A stretch of DNA of 64,000 nt from Oceanospirillaceae bacterium (lineage in GTDB: Bacteria > Pseudomonadota > Gammaproteobacteria > Pseudomonadales > Balneatricaceae): positions 33,493-97,492 of the forward strand of contig JAPYOS010000001.1 of the NCBI GenBank assembly GCA_029938085.1. Direction: 5' to 3'. The notes beneath the pieces were generated by a model. It saw only the letters and a list, made by a program, of their open reading frames with translations. It searched no databases and had not been told where the DNA came from. Below are positions 29,994 to 39,997 of the stretch, piece by piece; positions within the stretch are counted from its first letter, which is position 1, and the number at the start of each line of letters is the position of its first letter. Position numbers and translations under genes: made by a program.

Positions 29994-30126
29994 CTTATTT
30001 TATTGCCCTGTAAAAGTCTGTAAAAACCCCCTCCTCCCGCTATACTCCACTGCTAAATGTGGCACAATCGATGCTATATATTATTTGATAAGCTCCAGGG
30101 CGAATCGGTATAGAGATCTAGCGCGC

Positions 30127-30831
30127 ATGACTAAACGAATTTTATTGATTGAAGACGACCAAGAGTTAAACGAACTTTTGAGCGAATTTTTGGCCTTAGA
30201 GAACTTTGAGGTAGATCAAGCTTTTGACGGCGAACAAGGTCTAAACATGGCCTTAAGCGGCAACTACGACGCCTTAGTGCTCGACATTATGATGCCCAAA
30301 ATGAACGGCCTAGACCTACTAAAACAATTTCGTATGGGCCACAAAACGCCCGTGCTAATGCTCACCGCCCGCAGCGACGAAGTAGACCGCATCCTTGGCT
30401 TTGAAATGGGCGCCGATGACTACCTACCTAAACCATGTAATCCCAGAGAAATCGTTGCCCGTATTCGCGCCATATTGCGTCGCGTAGAAATGGATAAAGC
30501 TGGCATGCAAGTCACAGGCAGCCGCCAAGTCATGGTGCGCGAAGACGTTGAACTTAACCACAATACTCGCATTGTCTCCAAAGGTGGCGAGGCGCTAGAC
30601 CTCACCAGTACCGAATTTAATTTACTCGCCAGCCTGCTTGAAAATGCCGGCCGTGTATTAAGCAAAGAAGAGCTTACGGAAACCGCATTAGGTCGCAAAC
30701 TCACCTTATATGACCGTAGTGTGGACATGCATATGAGCAACCTGCGTCGCAAGTTGGGCCCCTTCGATAATGATGACGCGCGTATTAAAACCGTGCGTGG
30801 CGTAGGTTATCAATATGTCATCAATGATTAA
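30127..30831 (+). CDS. OmpR-family response regulator (CpxR-like)
   Basis: Start at ATG 30127 (MTKRILLIEDD; the track start 29944 lies inside 6S RNA). Motifs LDIMMP, GADDYLPKP and winged-helix RSVDMHMSNLRRKL. Confidence 0.9.
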   Translation: MTKRILLIEDDQELNELLSEFLALENFEVDQAFDGEQGLNMALSGNYDALVLDIMMPKMNGLDLLKQFRMGHKTPVLMLTARSDEVDRILGFEMGADDYLPKPCNPREIVARIRAILRRVEMDKAGMQVTGSRQVMVREDVELNHNTRIVSKGGEALDLTSTEFNLLASLLENAGRVLSKEELTETALGRKLTLYDRSVDMHMSNLRRKLGPFDNDDARIKTVRGVGYQYVIND

Positions 30832-32188
30832 GTGGCCTCTGGTGTTTCGTAGCCTGTATTGGAAAATATTCTTCTTTTTCTGGCTCACACTCATTGCCGC
30901 CATTTTTTCTGTGGCCACCTTATCCGAGATCATCGTTAACGAGCGGGATGAAGACCAATACCAGAAGGTTATCCATTTAGGCATTCAAGCGGCGAATATA
31001 TATGAGCGTAAGGGCGCCCGCGCGTTAACCGCCCACCTACGCCATATTGACCAAGAATTTGACGTTAAAGGCTTTATGCTCGACTCCCAACATCGCCCCA
31101 TCAGTCGAGCAAACCTACCTAAAAACTGGCTAGAATTCACCCTACCCCTGACCCAAAACCGTTTATCAGAACGCAATTTGCGAGGCTTTCAACCTTACCG
31201 CATATCCAGCACCAGTGGCCATACCTACACGTTTGTGGCTTACCGAGACAACCGCGGGCCCTACCCTGCCTGGTTCAAGCATTTACCCATGCTGCAACTG
31301 CTTACCGCCTTGGTGATCGTGGCCCTGCTGACTGCCTTTATTACTTGGCGCATCACCAACCCATTACGCAAGCTCAAACAGGCTACCGATTCCTTTGCCC
31401 GCGGTAACTTGGACACGCGCTTACCCAAGCTTGTGGGTTGTCGCAAAGACGAGATTGGCGAAGTGGGCCTAGCCTTTAACCACATGGCCGAACGCATCAG
31501 CTTACTGGTGAGCAACCAACAACGTTTATTTCGAGACATTTCCCACGAATTACGTACCCCACTGGCTCGCCAACAGATTGCGTTAGAGTTATTAGCACGT
31601 AAGTTGCCCGACACTGAACATCAGTCTTTGCATCGCATCGAACGTGAAATTGGACGCATGAACCAGCTTATCGACCAAGTACTGACCTTGTTGCGCCTAG
31701 AGCAAAGTGAACAGGGCCCAACCATAGAAGCCTATGACCTCAGTCAGTTACTGTGCAAACTCACCCAAGATGCACAATTTGAGGCTCAGTCAAAAGATCA
31801 GGTAGACCTACAGCAACCCAAACAGGTCTCGGTAGTGGGCCAAGCAGAGTTAGTGTCGCGGGCGGTAGAAAATATCTTACGCAACGCACTGCGCTACACC
31901 CCAGAGCATGGCCGCGTGTACTTGCAAGTGGACGAGCACAAAGATAGCGTTATGATTCGTATTGAGGATGAAGGTGACGGCGTCCCCGAAGAGTCATTAA
32001 ACCACCTATTTGAACCTTTCTATAGAGTGGAGGCCAGCCGCAACCAACAAAGCGGGGGTTACGGCATTGGCATGGCCATTGCCGAGCAAGCCATTCGCGC
32101 CCAAGGCGGCGCCATTAAGGCCAGCAACCGAAAAGTGGGTGGATTGTGTGTGGAAATCAGCCTACCCAAGGCAGGAATCAAGGCCTAA
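30815..32188 (+). CDS. Sensor histidine kinase (CpxA-like, TM-HAMP-HisKA-HATPase)
   Basis: SLYWKIFFFFW, HAMP DEIGEVGLAFNHMA, DISHELRTPLAR, ENILRNALRY and GYGIGMAIA. Overlaps the regulator stop. Confidence 0.9.
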   Translation: MSSMIKWPLVFRSLYWKIFFFFWLTLIAAIFSVATLSEIIVNERDEDQYQKVIHLGIQAANIYERKGARALTAHLRHIDQEFDVKGFMLDSQHRPISRANLPKNWLEFTLPLTQNRLSERNLRGFQPYRISSTSGHTYTFVAYRDNRGPYPAWFKHLPMLQLLTALVIVALLTAFITWRITNPLRKLKQATDSFARGNLDTRLPKLVGCRKDEIGEVGLAFNHMAERISLLVSNQQRLFRDISHELRTPLARQQIALELLARKLPDTEHQSLHRIEREIGRMNQLIDQVLTLLRLEQSEQGPTIEAYDLSQLLCKLTQDAQFEAQSKDQVDLQQPKQVSVVGQAELVSRAVENILRNALRYTPEHGRVYLQVDEHKDSVMIRIEDEGDGVPEESLNHLFEPFYRVEASRNQQSGGYGIGMAIAEQAIRAQGGAIKASNRKVGGLCVEISLPKAGIKA

Positions 32189-32192
32189 GACT

Positions 32193-33713
32193 TCAGATTT
32201 TGGGGCTTAAAAACAACTGATAAGCTGGATTCTGAGTTTCTTCATGGAAGGCATAACCTAGCTCATGTAAGTAGCCCTCTAGCTTTGACTTATCGGCGTC
32301 GGGCACTTGCATAGCCACCAACACTCGACCGAAGGCCGACCCGTGGTTACGGTAATGAAACATGGATATATTCCAGGGCTGACCCAATTTATTGAGAAAT
32401 TTTAACAAGGCCCCCGGCCGCTCAGGAAAGGTAAAGCGATAAACCACTTCGTTATCTACCTTGGCATGACCACCCACCATGTAGCGAATGTGGGTTTTGG
32501 CCATTTCGTTGTCGCTTAAGTCCAGCGCAGGGATGTCGTGCTGCTGCAACTCTTGTAACAACTGGCCGCGGCCACCATCATCGGCTTTCAACTGCACGCC
32601 TACAAACACTTGCGCTTGCTCATCGTCAGCGTAGCGGTAATTAAATTCGGTAATATTGCGGTCACCCAAAGCTTTACAAAAACGCTTAAAACTGCCGGGC
32701 TGCTCTGGAATTTGGGCTGCAATGAGCGCCTCACGCCCCTCACCAATTTCAGCGCGTTCGGCGACATGGCGCAAACGGTCAAAGTTGACATTGGCACCAC
32801 TGGCCACCGCCACCAATGTTTGACCTTGGGCTTGCTCACGCTGCACATACTTTTTTAGGCCTGCCAAAGCACAGGCACCGGCGGGTTCAGTGATCGCCCG
32901 CGTGTCGTCGTACACGTCTTTAATAGCCGCACACAGTTCGTCGGTCGTCACGGTGATGACTTCATCAACGTACTTTTGTGCGAGTTCAAATGTGAGTTCG
33001 CCAATTTGAGCCACCGCGACACCTTCGGCAAAAATACCGACTTCTGGTAACACCACTCGCTCACCCGCATCCAAGGCGGCTTTGAGGCAGCAGGAGTCTT
33101 CTGGCTCCACGCCAATAATCTTAATGTCTGGACGTAGGTATTTAATATACACAGCAATACCAGAAATTAGGCCACCTCCACCCACGGGCACAAACACGGC
33201 ATCAATGTTGCCGCGGATTTGGCGTAACAGCTCAACCGCCACCGTGCCTTGACCGGCAATCACGTTTTCGTCGTCAAACGGGTGGATATAAACCAAACCC
33301 TTATCAGCCACCATCGTCAACGAATGCGCATAGGCTTCGGCAAACGAATCACCAAACAAAATAACTTTTCCGCCCAGCGCTTTAACCGAATTTACTTTTA
33401 TATCTGGCGTGGTTTTAGGCATCACAATGGTGGCTTTAATGCCCAGATGTTGAGCCGACATGGCCACACCCTGAGCATGATTGCCGGCCGAAGCTGCAAC
33501 CACGCCACAAGCTCGCTGAGCGGCTGTCAATTGTGAAATACAGTTGTAAGCGCCACGGATTTTGAAAGAAAATACCGGCTGCAAGTCTTCTCGTTTTATC
33601 AAGATATTATTACCCAAGCGGGTGGACAATCCACGCGCGGATTCTACCGGCGTTTCCACGGCCACGTCGTACACGTTGGCGGAGAGTATTTTCTTGATAT
33701 AACGATCAGGCAT
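32193..33713 (-). CDS. ilvA: Threonine ammonia-lyase, biosynthetic
   Basis: PLP-lysine motif KREDLQPVFSFKIRGA, ASAGNHAQG and two C-terminal ACT-like domains. Confidence 0.98.
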   Translation of the reverse strand: MPDRYIKKILSANVYDVAVETPVESARGLSTRLGNNILIKREDLQPVFSFKIRGAYNCISQLTAAQRACGVVAASAGNHAQGVAMSAQHLGIKATIVMPKTTPDIKVNSVKALGGKVILFGDSFAEAYAHSLTMVADKGLVYIHPFDDENVIAGQGTVAVELLRQIRGNIDAVFVPVGGGGLISGIAVYIKYLRPDIKIIGVEPEDSCCLKAALDAGERVVLPEVGIFAEGVAVAQIGELTFELAQKYVDEVITVTTDELCAAIKDVYDDTRAITEPAGACALAGLKKYVQREQAQGQTLVAVASGANVNFDRLRHVAERAEIGEGREALIAAQIPEQPGSFKRFCKALGDRNITEFNYRYADDEQAQVFVGVQLKADDGGRGQLLQELQQHDIPALDLSDNEMAKTHIRYMVGGHAKVDNEVVYRFTFPERPGALLKFLNKLGQPWNISMFHYRNHGSAFGRVLVAMQVPDADKSKLEGYLHELGYAFHEETQNPAYQLFLSPKI

Positions 33714-33856
33714 GTGGGTATCTGCTGTAATTTGCCACGCTTGAGCGAAGCATTAGAAAGAACCGATTATATTAATGGGTCAAGCCACGAGCGTCTACAT
33801 GATGAGCCGCTAAATCCTGTATAATCTCGTTTTTCCTGCCAAACCATGACGTCATT

Positions 33857-34528
33857 ATGAACCAAGACCAGTTAAAGCAAGCCGTAGCCCAAGCGGCTGT
33901 AGACCACATCGCACCACACCTTAATAAAGATTCTATTGTCGGTGTGGGCACAGGCTCCACTGCAAACTGTTTTATTGACGCACTAGCCAACATCAAACAC
34001 ACCTTTGACGCTGCCGTAGCCAGCTCAGAAGCCACCGCAGAGCGGCTTAAGGGCCATGGCATCAATGTACTGGAACTCAATGCCGTACCCCATATGAGTT
34101 TTTATGTGGACGGTGCAGACGAAAGTGATACCCATTTAAACCTCATTAAAGGTGGTGGCGGCGCACTCACGCGGGAGAAAATTGTTGCAGCGGTGGCCGA
34201 AACCTTTGTTTGTATTGCCGATGAGTCTAAACTAGTGGATGTGCTGGGCGACTTCCCCCTACCCGTAGAAGTGATTCCTATGGCGCGTAGCTATGTGGCC
34301 CGAAAATTGGTTGGTTTAGGTGGTGAACCGGTATGGCGCCAGGACTTTATTACCGACAACGGCAACTTGATTTTAGACGTTTATGGCATGGATATTGTTG
34401 ACCCTAAAGACCTAGAACAACAAATCAATCAAATCACCGGGGTGGTGACTAATGGTTTGTTTGCTCAACGCCCTGCCGACCTATTGCTACTAGGCACCAG
34501 CGAAGGCGTTAAGAGCCTTACCGCTTAA
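33857..34528 (+). CDS. rpiA: Ribose-5-phosphate isomerase A
   Basis: GVGTGST, YVDGADE and [11 protein letters not shown]. Confidence 0.98.
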   Translation: MNQDQLKQAVAQAAVDHIAPHLNKDSIVGVGTGSTANCFIDALANIKHTFDAAVASSEATAERLKGHGINVLELNAVPHMSFYVDGADESDTHLNLIKGGGGALTREKIVAAVAETFVCIADESKLVDVLGDFPLPVEVIPMARSYVARKLVGLGGEPVWRQDFITDNGNLILDVYGMDIVDPKDLEQQINQITGVVTNGLFAQRPADLLLLGTSEGVKSLTA

Positions 34529-35763
34529 AACAATACTCTACAGCTAATGGTGCCGTTAACCTGCTTCAACTTAGCCAGTGCCAGTTCTGAACAGCTGGCA
34601 TCAACATCGATCACCACGTAGCCAACCTTCTCATTGGTATTGAGGTACTGGCCAGAAATGTTGATGCTATTTTCTGAAAATACATTGTTAATCTGCGACA
34701 AAACACCGGGTATGTTGGTATGAATATGCAACAAACGATGGGTGTTCTCGTGATTGGGCAAGGACACTTCAGGAAAGTTAACTGACGAAAGGCTGGTGCC
34801 GTTATCACAATAACGGATTAGTTTATCGGCCACTTCAACACCGATATTGGCTTGCGCCTCTACGGTGGAACCACCAACGTGTGGAGTGAGAAAAACGTTA
34901 TCTAAGCCGCGTAATGGCGAAATAAACTCGTCATTATTTGAGCGTGGCTCAACCGGGAATACATCAATAGCCGCGCCAAGCAATTTGCCGTTGCCCAAAC
35001 AGGTAGCCAAGGCATCAATGTCGACCACCGTACCCCGGGAGGCATTGATAAAAATCGAACCCTCTTTCATTTGTGCAAATTGTTTTGGGCCCATTAAACA
35101 ATGGGTGGCTGGCGTTTCTGGCACATGCAGTGTGACCACATCGGCTTGACCCAACAACTCGGCCAAACTGGCGCACGGCCGTGCGTTGCCCATACTCAGC
35201 TTGGTAATTTGGTCGTAGTAGATGACCTCCATACCCATGGCTTCGGCCATAATACCCAACTGAGAACCAATGGAACCATAACCAACCACACCTAGTTTTT
35301 TACCCCTCGCCTCGTAGGATTGGTGAGCCGACTTAAGCCATTGACCACGATGAGCCTTAGCATTTTTTTCGGGGATACCGCGCAACAACAATACCGCTTG
35401 AGCAATCACCAACTCAGCCACACTACGGGTGTTGCTGTAAGGCGCGTTAAACACCGGAATACCCAGCTCTAGCGCAGCACCCAAATCGACCTGATTAGTG
35501 CCAATACAAAAACAGCCTACCGCCATCAGTTTAGGCGCTTGCTCTAGCACTTCACGGGTAAGCTGCGTGCGAGATCGAATGCCTACAAAATGAGCATCAG
35601 CCAACACAGACACCAATTCATCTTGAGGTAAGGCTGTGGTGTAGAAGTGAATATTATCAAAACCATCGGCATGTAAAGCGGCTACCGCAGTTTGATGTAC
35701 GCCTTCTAACAAGACAATTTTAATCTTTTTCTTAACGAGGGAGATGTGCTGCGTTTGGGTCAA
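34525..35763 (-). CDS. serA: D-3-phosphoglycerate dehydrogenase
   Basis: [35 protein letters not shown] and a C-terminal ACT domain. Start set at TTG 35763 (track start 35853). Confidence 0.96.
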   Translation of the reverse strand: MTQTQHISLVKKKIKIVLLEGVHQTAVAALHADGFDNIHFYTTALPQDELVSVLADAHFVGIRSRTQLTREVLEQAPKLMAVGCFCIGTNQVDLGAALELGIPVFNAPYSNTRSVAELVIAQAVLLLRGIPEKNAKAHRGQWLKSAHQSYEARGKKLGVVGYGSIGSQLGIMAEAMGMEVIYYDQITKLSMGNARPCASLAELLGQADVVTLHVPETPATHCLMGPKQFAQMKEGSIFINASRGTVVDIDALATCLGNGKLLGAAIDVFPVEPRSNNDEFISPLRGLDNVFLTPHVGGSTVEAQANIGVEVADKLIRYCDNGTSLSSVNFPEVSLPNHENTHRLLHIHTNIPGVLSQINNVFSENSINISGQYLNTNEKVGYVVIDVDASCSELALAKLKQVNGTISCRVLF

Positions 35764-35860
35764 TTTAGAGCCTTTATGAGTGAGATTAAAGAATAAATCA
35801 ATAAATCTAAAGGCGACTATTATATAGCTATTAACGACATTAAAATAGCGCATCAGACAT

Positions 35861-35898
35861 AAAAAAGCCCCTACTTATTACTAAGCAGAGGCCCTTTT
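35861..35898 (-). terminator. Rho-independent terminator after pnp
   Basis: Minus strand GCCTCTGCTTA-GTAA-TAAGTAGGGGC followed by TTTTTT. Confidence 0.75.
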
Positions 35899-35925
35899 AA
35901 AACATGGGTAAAACCCTTTTGGGAA

Positions 35926-38016
35926 TTAGGCTTCCATGTCTTTCATAGACAACTTAATACGGCCACGTGCATCAACATCTAACACTTTAACCTTAACCAT
36001 TTGGCCTTCTTCTAGGTAATCGGTTACTTTCTCAACACGCTCGCTGGAGATTTGAGAAATGTGCAATAAACCATCTTTGCCAGGCAAAATATTGATGAAT
36101 GCGCCAAAATCGACGATACGCTCAACCTTGCCTTCGTAAACAGCGCCAACTTCAGCTTCGGCTGTGATTTCTAAAATCTTAGCTTCGGCCAACTCTGCAG
36201 CGGCTTTGTCGTCTGCGTACACACGTACAGTGCCGTCGTCTTCGATGTCGATAGACGCGCCAGTCTCTTCACACAAACCACGAATAGTTGCGCCGCCTTT
36301 GCCAATTACATCACGGATCTTATCTTGATCGATCTTGATGGTTTTCATGGTTGGGGCATTGTCATTCAACTCTGTGCGAGGCGTAGCAATAACTTTGTTC
36401 ATCTCGTCAAGGATATGGATACGCGCTTCGTGCGCTTGCTCAAGAGCAATTTCCATAATCTCTTCGGTGATGCCTTGGATTTTGATGTCCATTTGTAGGG
36501 CAGTAATACCCGCAGCAGAACCGGCTACCTTAAAGTCCATGTCGCCCAAGTGATCTTCATCACCCAAGATGTCGGTCAAGATAGCAAAGCCTTCATCTTC
36601 TTTGATCAGACCCATAGCGATGCCAGCAACAGGTGCCTTAATCGGTACGCCAGCATCCATAAGTGCTAATGAAGCACCACATACAGAAGCCATAGAGCTA
36701 GAACCGTTAGATTCAGTAATCTCAGACACTACACGGATAGTGTATGGAAATTCTTCTTGGCTTGGCAACATGGCTTGAATGCCACGACGTGCCAAACGAC
36801 CATGACCAATCTCACGACGGCCTGGGCCCATAAAGCGACCTGTTTCACCAACAGAATAGCTTGGGAAGTTGTAGTGCAACATGAAAGGATCTTTACGTGA
36901 ACCTTCAAGCGCGTCAATGATCTGCTGATCACGGCTAGTGCCCAAGGTAGCGACAACGATTGACTGAGTTTCACCACGGGTGAACAAAGAAGAACCGTGA
37001 GCCTTAGCCAAAGTACCAATTTCTACATTGATACCACGTACAGTTTTAGTGTCACGACCGTCGATACGCGGCTCGCCAGCTACTACGCGCGAACGTACTG
37101 TGTGCTTTTCAAGCTTGCTTACCATGCCTAATACGTCAGACTTAGAAGGTGCATCAGCTGCGTCGGTGCATAACGCAGCAACGGCTTGTGCCTTAACTTC
37201 TCCTAGACGTGCTTGGCGGTCTAACTTATCGCTAATTTGGTAAGCGTCGCCAACGGCAGCGCCCACTTCAGCAGCAACAGCAGCCTTAAGGGCTGTATCT
37301 TCTTCAACCGCAACCAAATCCCAAGTGGGCTTGGCTGCTTCTGCAGCAAATTCACCAATGGCTTTAACCACGGCTTGCATTTCGTCATGGGCAAAAAGAA
37401 CCGCACCCAACATAACGTCTTCGCTAAGCTCTTTAGCTTCTGATTCAACCATCAATACGGCGTCAGCAGTACCGGCAACAACCATGTCTAGATCAGAAGT
37501 TGTTTGAGCTTCAAAACTAGGGTTAAGGGTATAACCAGCTTCGTCTGTGTATGCAACTCGTGCAGCACCAATAGGACCAGCAAAAGGAATACCAGAGATC
37601 GCCAAGGCAGCAGACGTACCGATTAATGCGGCGATATCTGGATCGTTAGCCTTATCAGCAGACATAACGGTACAAATAACCTGTACTTCGTTCATGAAAC
37701 CCTTAGGGAACAATGGACGAATAGGACGGTCGATTAGACGGCTAGTTAGGGTTTCTTTTTCAGAAGGACGCGCTTCACGCTTAAAGAAGCCACCAGGAAT
37801 TTTGCCTACCGCGTAAGTTTTTTCTTGGTAGTGTACAGAAAGCGGGAAAAAGCCTTGATCCGGCTTAGCTGTTTTAGCACCAACAACAGCAACCAATACT
37901 TGGATTGAGTCATCGATAGTCACTAATACAGCACCAGAAGCTTGACGTGCAATACGGCCAGTTTCTAGGGTTACGGACTGTTGGCCGTATTGAAATGTTT
38001 TGGTAATGATAGACAT
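35926..38016 (-). CDS. pnp: Polyribonucleotide nucleotidyltransferase
   Basis: [33 protein letters not shown] and KH/S1 domains. Start at ATG 38016 with a GGAG RBS. Confidence 0.98.
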   Translation of the reverse strand: MSIITKTFQYGQQSVTLETGRIARQASGAVLVTIDDSIQVLVAVVGAKTAKPDQGFFPLSVHYQEKTYAVGKIPGGFFKREARPSEKETLTSRLIDRPIRPLFPKGFMNEVQVICTVMSADKANDPDIAALIGTSAALAISGIPFAGPIGAARVAYTDEAGYTLNPSFEAQTTSDLDMVVAGTADAVLMVESEAKELSEDVMLGAVLFAHDEMQAVVKAIGEFAAEAAKPTWDLVAVEEDTALKAAVAAEVGAAVGDAYQISDKLDRQARLGEVKAQAVAALCTDAADAPSKSDVLGMVSKLEKHTVRSRVVAGEPRIDGRDTKTVRGINVEIGTLAKAHGSSLFTRGETQSIVVATLGTSRDQQIIDALEGSRKDPFMLHYNFPSYSVGETGRFMGPGRREIGHGRLARRGIQAMLPSQEEFPYTIRVVSEITESNGSSSMASVCGASLALMDAGVPIKAPVAGIAMGLIKEDEGFAILTDILGDEDHLGDMDFKVAGSAAGITALQMDIKIQGITEEIMEIALEQAHEARIHILDEMNKVIATPRTELNDNAPTMKTIKIDQDKIRDVIGKGGATIRGLCEETGASIDIEDDGTVRVYADDKAAAELAEAKILEITAEAEVGAVYEGKVERIVDFGAFINILPGKDGLLHISQISSERVEKVTDYLEEGQMVKVKVLDVDARGRIKLSMKDMEA

Positions 38017-38157
38017 ATGTATCTCCATAATTGAATGAACTGCAATCAATCGAGCGATCTAATCCACCAGTACACTTATTAACTCGGTCTAAGCTCAAAC
38101 CACCTAAGCCACCAAGCCAATAAGAGTACGGGCCGACCCTCTCTTATTGCTTACAGG

Positions 38158-38198
38158 AAAAACAATAAAGGCCAAGTAATCAAAGATTACCCAGCCTC
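38158..38198 (-). terminator. Terminator-like hairpin after rpsO
   Basis: Minus strand AGGCTGGGTAATC-TTT-GATTACTTGGCCT followed by TTATTGTTTTT. Confidence 0.65.
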
Positions 38199-38224
38199 TA
38201 TATAGTATCGCTAATTAACAGCGA

Positions 38225-38494
38225 TTAACGACGTAGGCCTAAACGTCCGATCAAAGTTACATAACGTGATGCATTTTTACGGTTTAAGTAGTCCAATAAC
38301 TTACGACGCTGGTTAACCATACGGATCAAACCACGACGAGAGTGGTGATCATGGTTATGCTCTTTGAAGTGACCTTGTAGTGCCAAAATGTTCGCAGTTA
38401 ACAATGCAACCTGAACTTCTGGTGAACCGGTGTCGCCTTCGGCAGTTTGGTAATCAGCTACGATAGCAGCTTTTTCAACGGCAGATAGAGCCAT
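38225..38494 (-). CDS. rpsO: 30S ribosomal protein S15
   Basis: [14 protein letters not shown] and DHHSRRGL. Confidence 0.98.
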   Translation of the reverse strand: MALSAVEKAAIVADYQTAEGDTGSPEVQVALLTANILALQGHFKEHNHDHHSRRGLIRMVNQRRKLLDYLNRKNASRYVTLIGRLGLRR

Positions 38495-38600
38495 GGTAAT
38501 TCTCCAATAATTAATATGCCCTCTAGCTTGGCAAGTAAGGCCGCTAGGGGATCGTTAGTGTTCACACCGTGCATATTTACAGCGGAACGTAAATGAAGGT

Positions 38601-39578
38601 CTAAGTGCTCATTAAGCGTTTAGCTTTTAAGCGACCTTCTGCTTGCACTTCAACTAAGCCTATAAAGGCATCAGCATCCGTAGCAGTTGAGCCATAGGCT
38701 CGTAGCACATCCAATTCAGCGAAGTCAGTGGCATGGTCTACAACCTTACCCTGCTGCAACGCCTCTATTTGATGGGCGGCTAATTGTACAGCATTTAATG
38801 TCAAAACGGCAGTATCTGCTGACATTAATAGCTTATCCAAGGTTTCAAACGCAGGCGTGATATCTGGCCATTTGCCCTCTTCCACCACTTGATCCTTGGT
38901 GGCTTCGTCAATGATGGCCTGCAAGTCTTCTAGGGTCACCATTTGATCGGCCACAAACGGTCCCGCCTGTAGGCGCCTCAACTGCGCCACATGAGCACCG
39001 CAGTCGAGCGCCAGACCTAGGTCTTCGACAATACTGCGAATATAAGTGCCTTTAGTGCAGGTAATATCCATACGCACTTGGGTATCGTCAAAGCTCATAA
39101 GCTCGAGATTGTGAATAGTCACTTGACGTGATTTCACTTCAACCGTTTTACCCGCCCTAGCCAGCTTATACAGCGGTTGGCCCTGGTGCTTAAGGGCCGA
39201 GAACATGGAGGGCACTTGGCTAATCAAACCACGAAACTGCGGCAACTGAGCTTCTACGTCGGCCAAAGTCACATGATCACAGGCTTTGGTTTCCACGACC
39301 TTGCCGTCGGCGTCACTAGAATCGGTGCGCACACCCAGCTGACCTATGGTTTGGTAACGCTTGTCTGAATCTAATAGAAACTGGCTAAACTTAGTCGCTT
39401 CGCCTAAACAAATGGGGAGCAAGCCCGTTGCAAGGGGATCTAACGCACCGGTGTGACCCGCTTTACGAGCCCCAAACATACGTTTTACCCGCTGCAAGGC
39501 ATGATTTGAACTCATGCCTGTGGGCTTATCTAAAATCAGAATGCCGCTAACTGCACGGCCTTTGGGTTGTTTTGCCAC
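38601..39578 (-). CDS. truB: tRNA pseudouridine(55) synthase
   Basis: KAGHTGALDPLATG and CTKGTYIRS. Confidence 0.97.
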   Translation of the reverse strand: MAKQPKGRAVSGILILDKPTGMSSNHALQRVKRMFGARKAGHTGALDPLATGLLPICLGEATKFSQFLLDSDKRYQTIGQLGVRTDSSDADGKVVETKACDHVTLADVEAQLPQFRGLISQVPSMFSALKHQGQPLYKLARAGKTVEVKSRQVTIHNLELMSFDDTQVRMDITCTKGTYIRSIVEDLGLALDCGAHVAQLRRLQAGPFVADQMVTLEDLQAIIDEATKDQVVEEGKWPDITPAFETLDKLLMSADTAVLTLNAVQLAAHQIEALQQGKVVDHATDFAELDVLRAYGSTATDADAFIGLVEVQAEGRLKAKRLMST

Positions 39579-39584
39579 CTAAGG

Positions 39585-39983
39585 TTACTCGGTGCCGTAG
39601 TCAACATCAGACTCAAGCTCTGGGTCTGATGCCCGAGCTTCGTCGATCAAGTTGCTCAAATAATTACCCCGCGACAAACTATCGTCAAAGTGGAAGCGCA
39701 AGGTTGGTACGATACGCAATTTCATGCGTTGGCCCAACTTACTGCGCAAAAACCCTGAGGCATTATTAAGCGCCTTCACCGACTCACGAATCTCATCTTG
39801 GTCTTCACCACCATTAAAAATGGTAACAAACACCTTAGCATGAGAAAGGTCACGGGATACTTCTACAGCACTCACCGTAGCCATACCAACACGAGGGTCT
39901 TTCACCTCACGTTGAATTAGGGCCGCGAGCTCGCGCTGTATTTGGTCTGCCACACGCTGGGTGCGGCTATATTCTTGTGCCAT
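39585..39983 (-). CDS. rbfA: 30S ribosome-binding factor A
   Basis: SRTQRVADQIQRELA, DLSHAKVF and VPTLRFHFD. Confidence 0.97.
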   Translation of the reverse strand: MAQEYSRTQRVADQIQRELAALIQREVKDPRVGMATVSAVEVSRDLSHAKVFVTIFNGGEDQDEIRESVKALNNASGFLRSKLGQRMKLRIVPTLRFHFDDSLSRGNYLSNLIDEARASDPELESDVDYGTE

Positions 39984-39997
39984 AGTATGCTCAGCCC

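Noticed and set aside
29944-30126. 61-aa N-terminal extension of the response regulator in the ORF track
   Set aside because: It starts inside 6S RNA. The receiver domain begins at ATG 30127 (MTKRILLIEDD).
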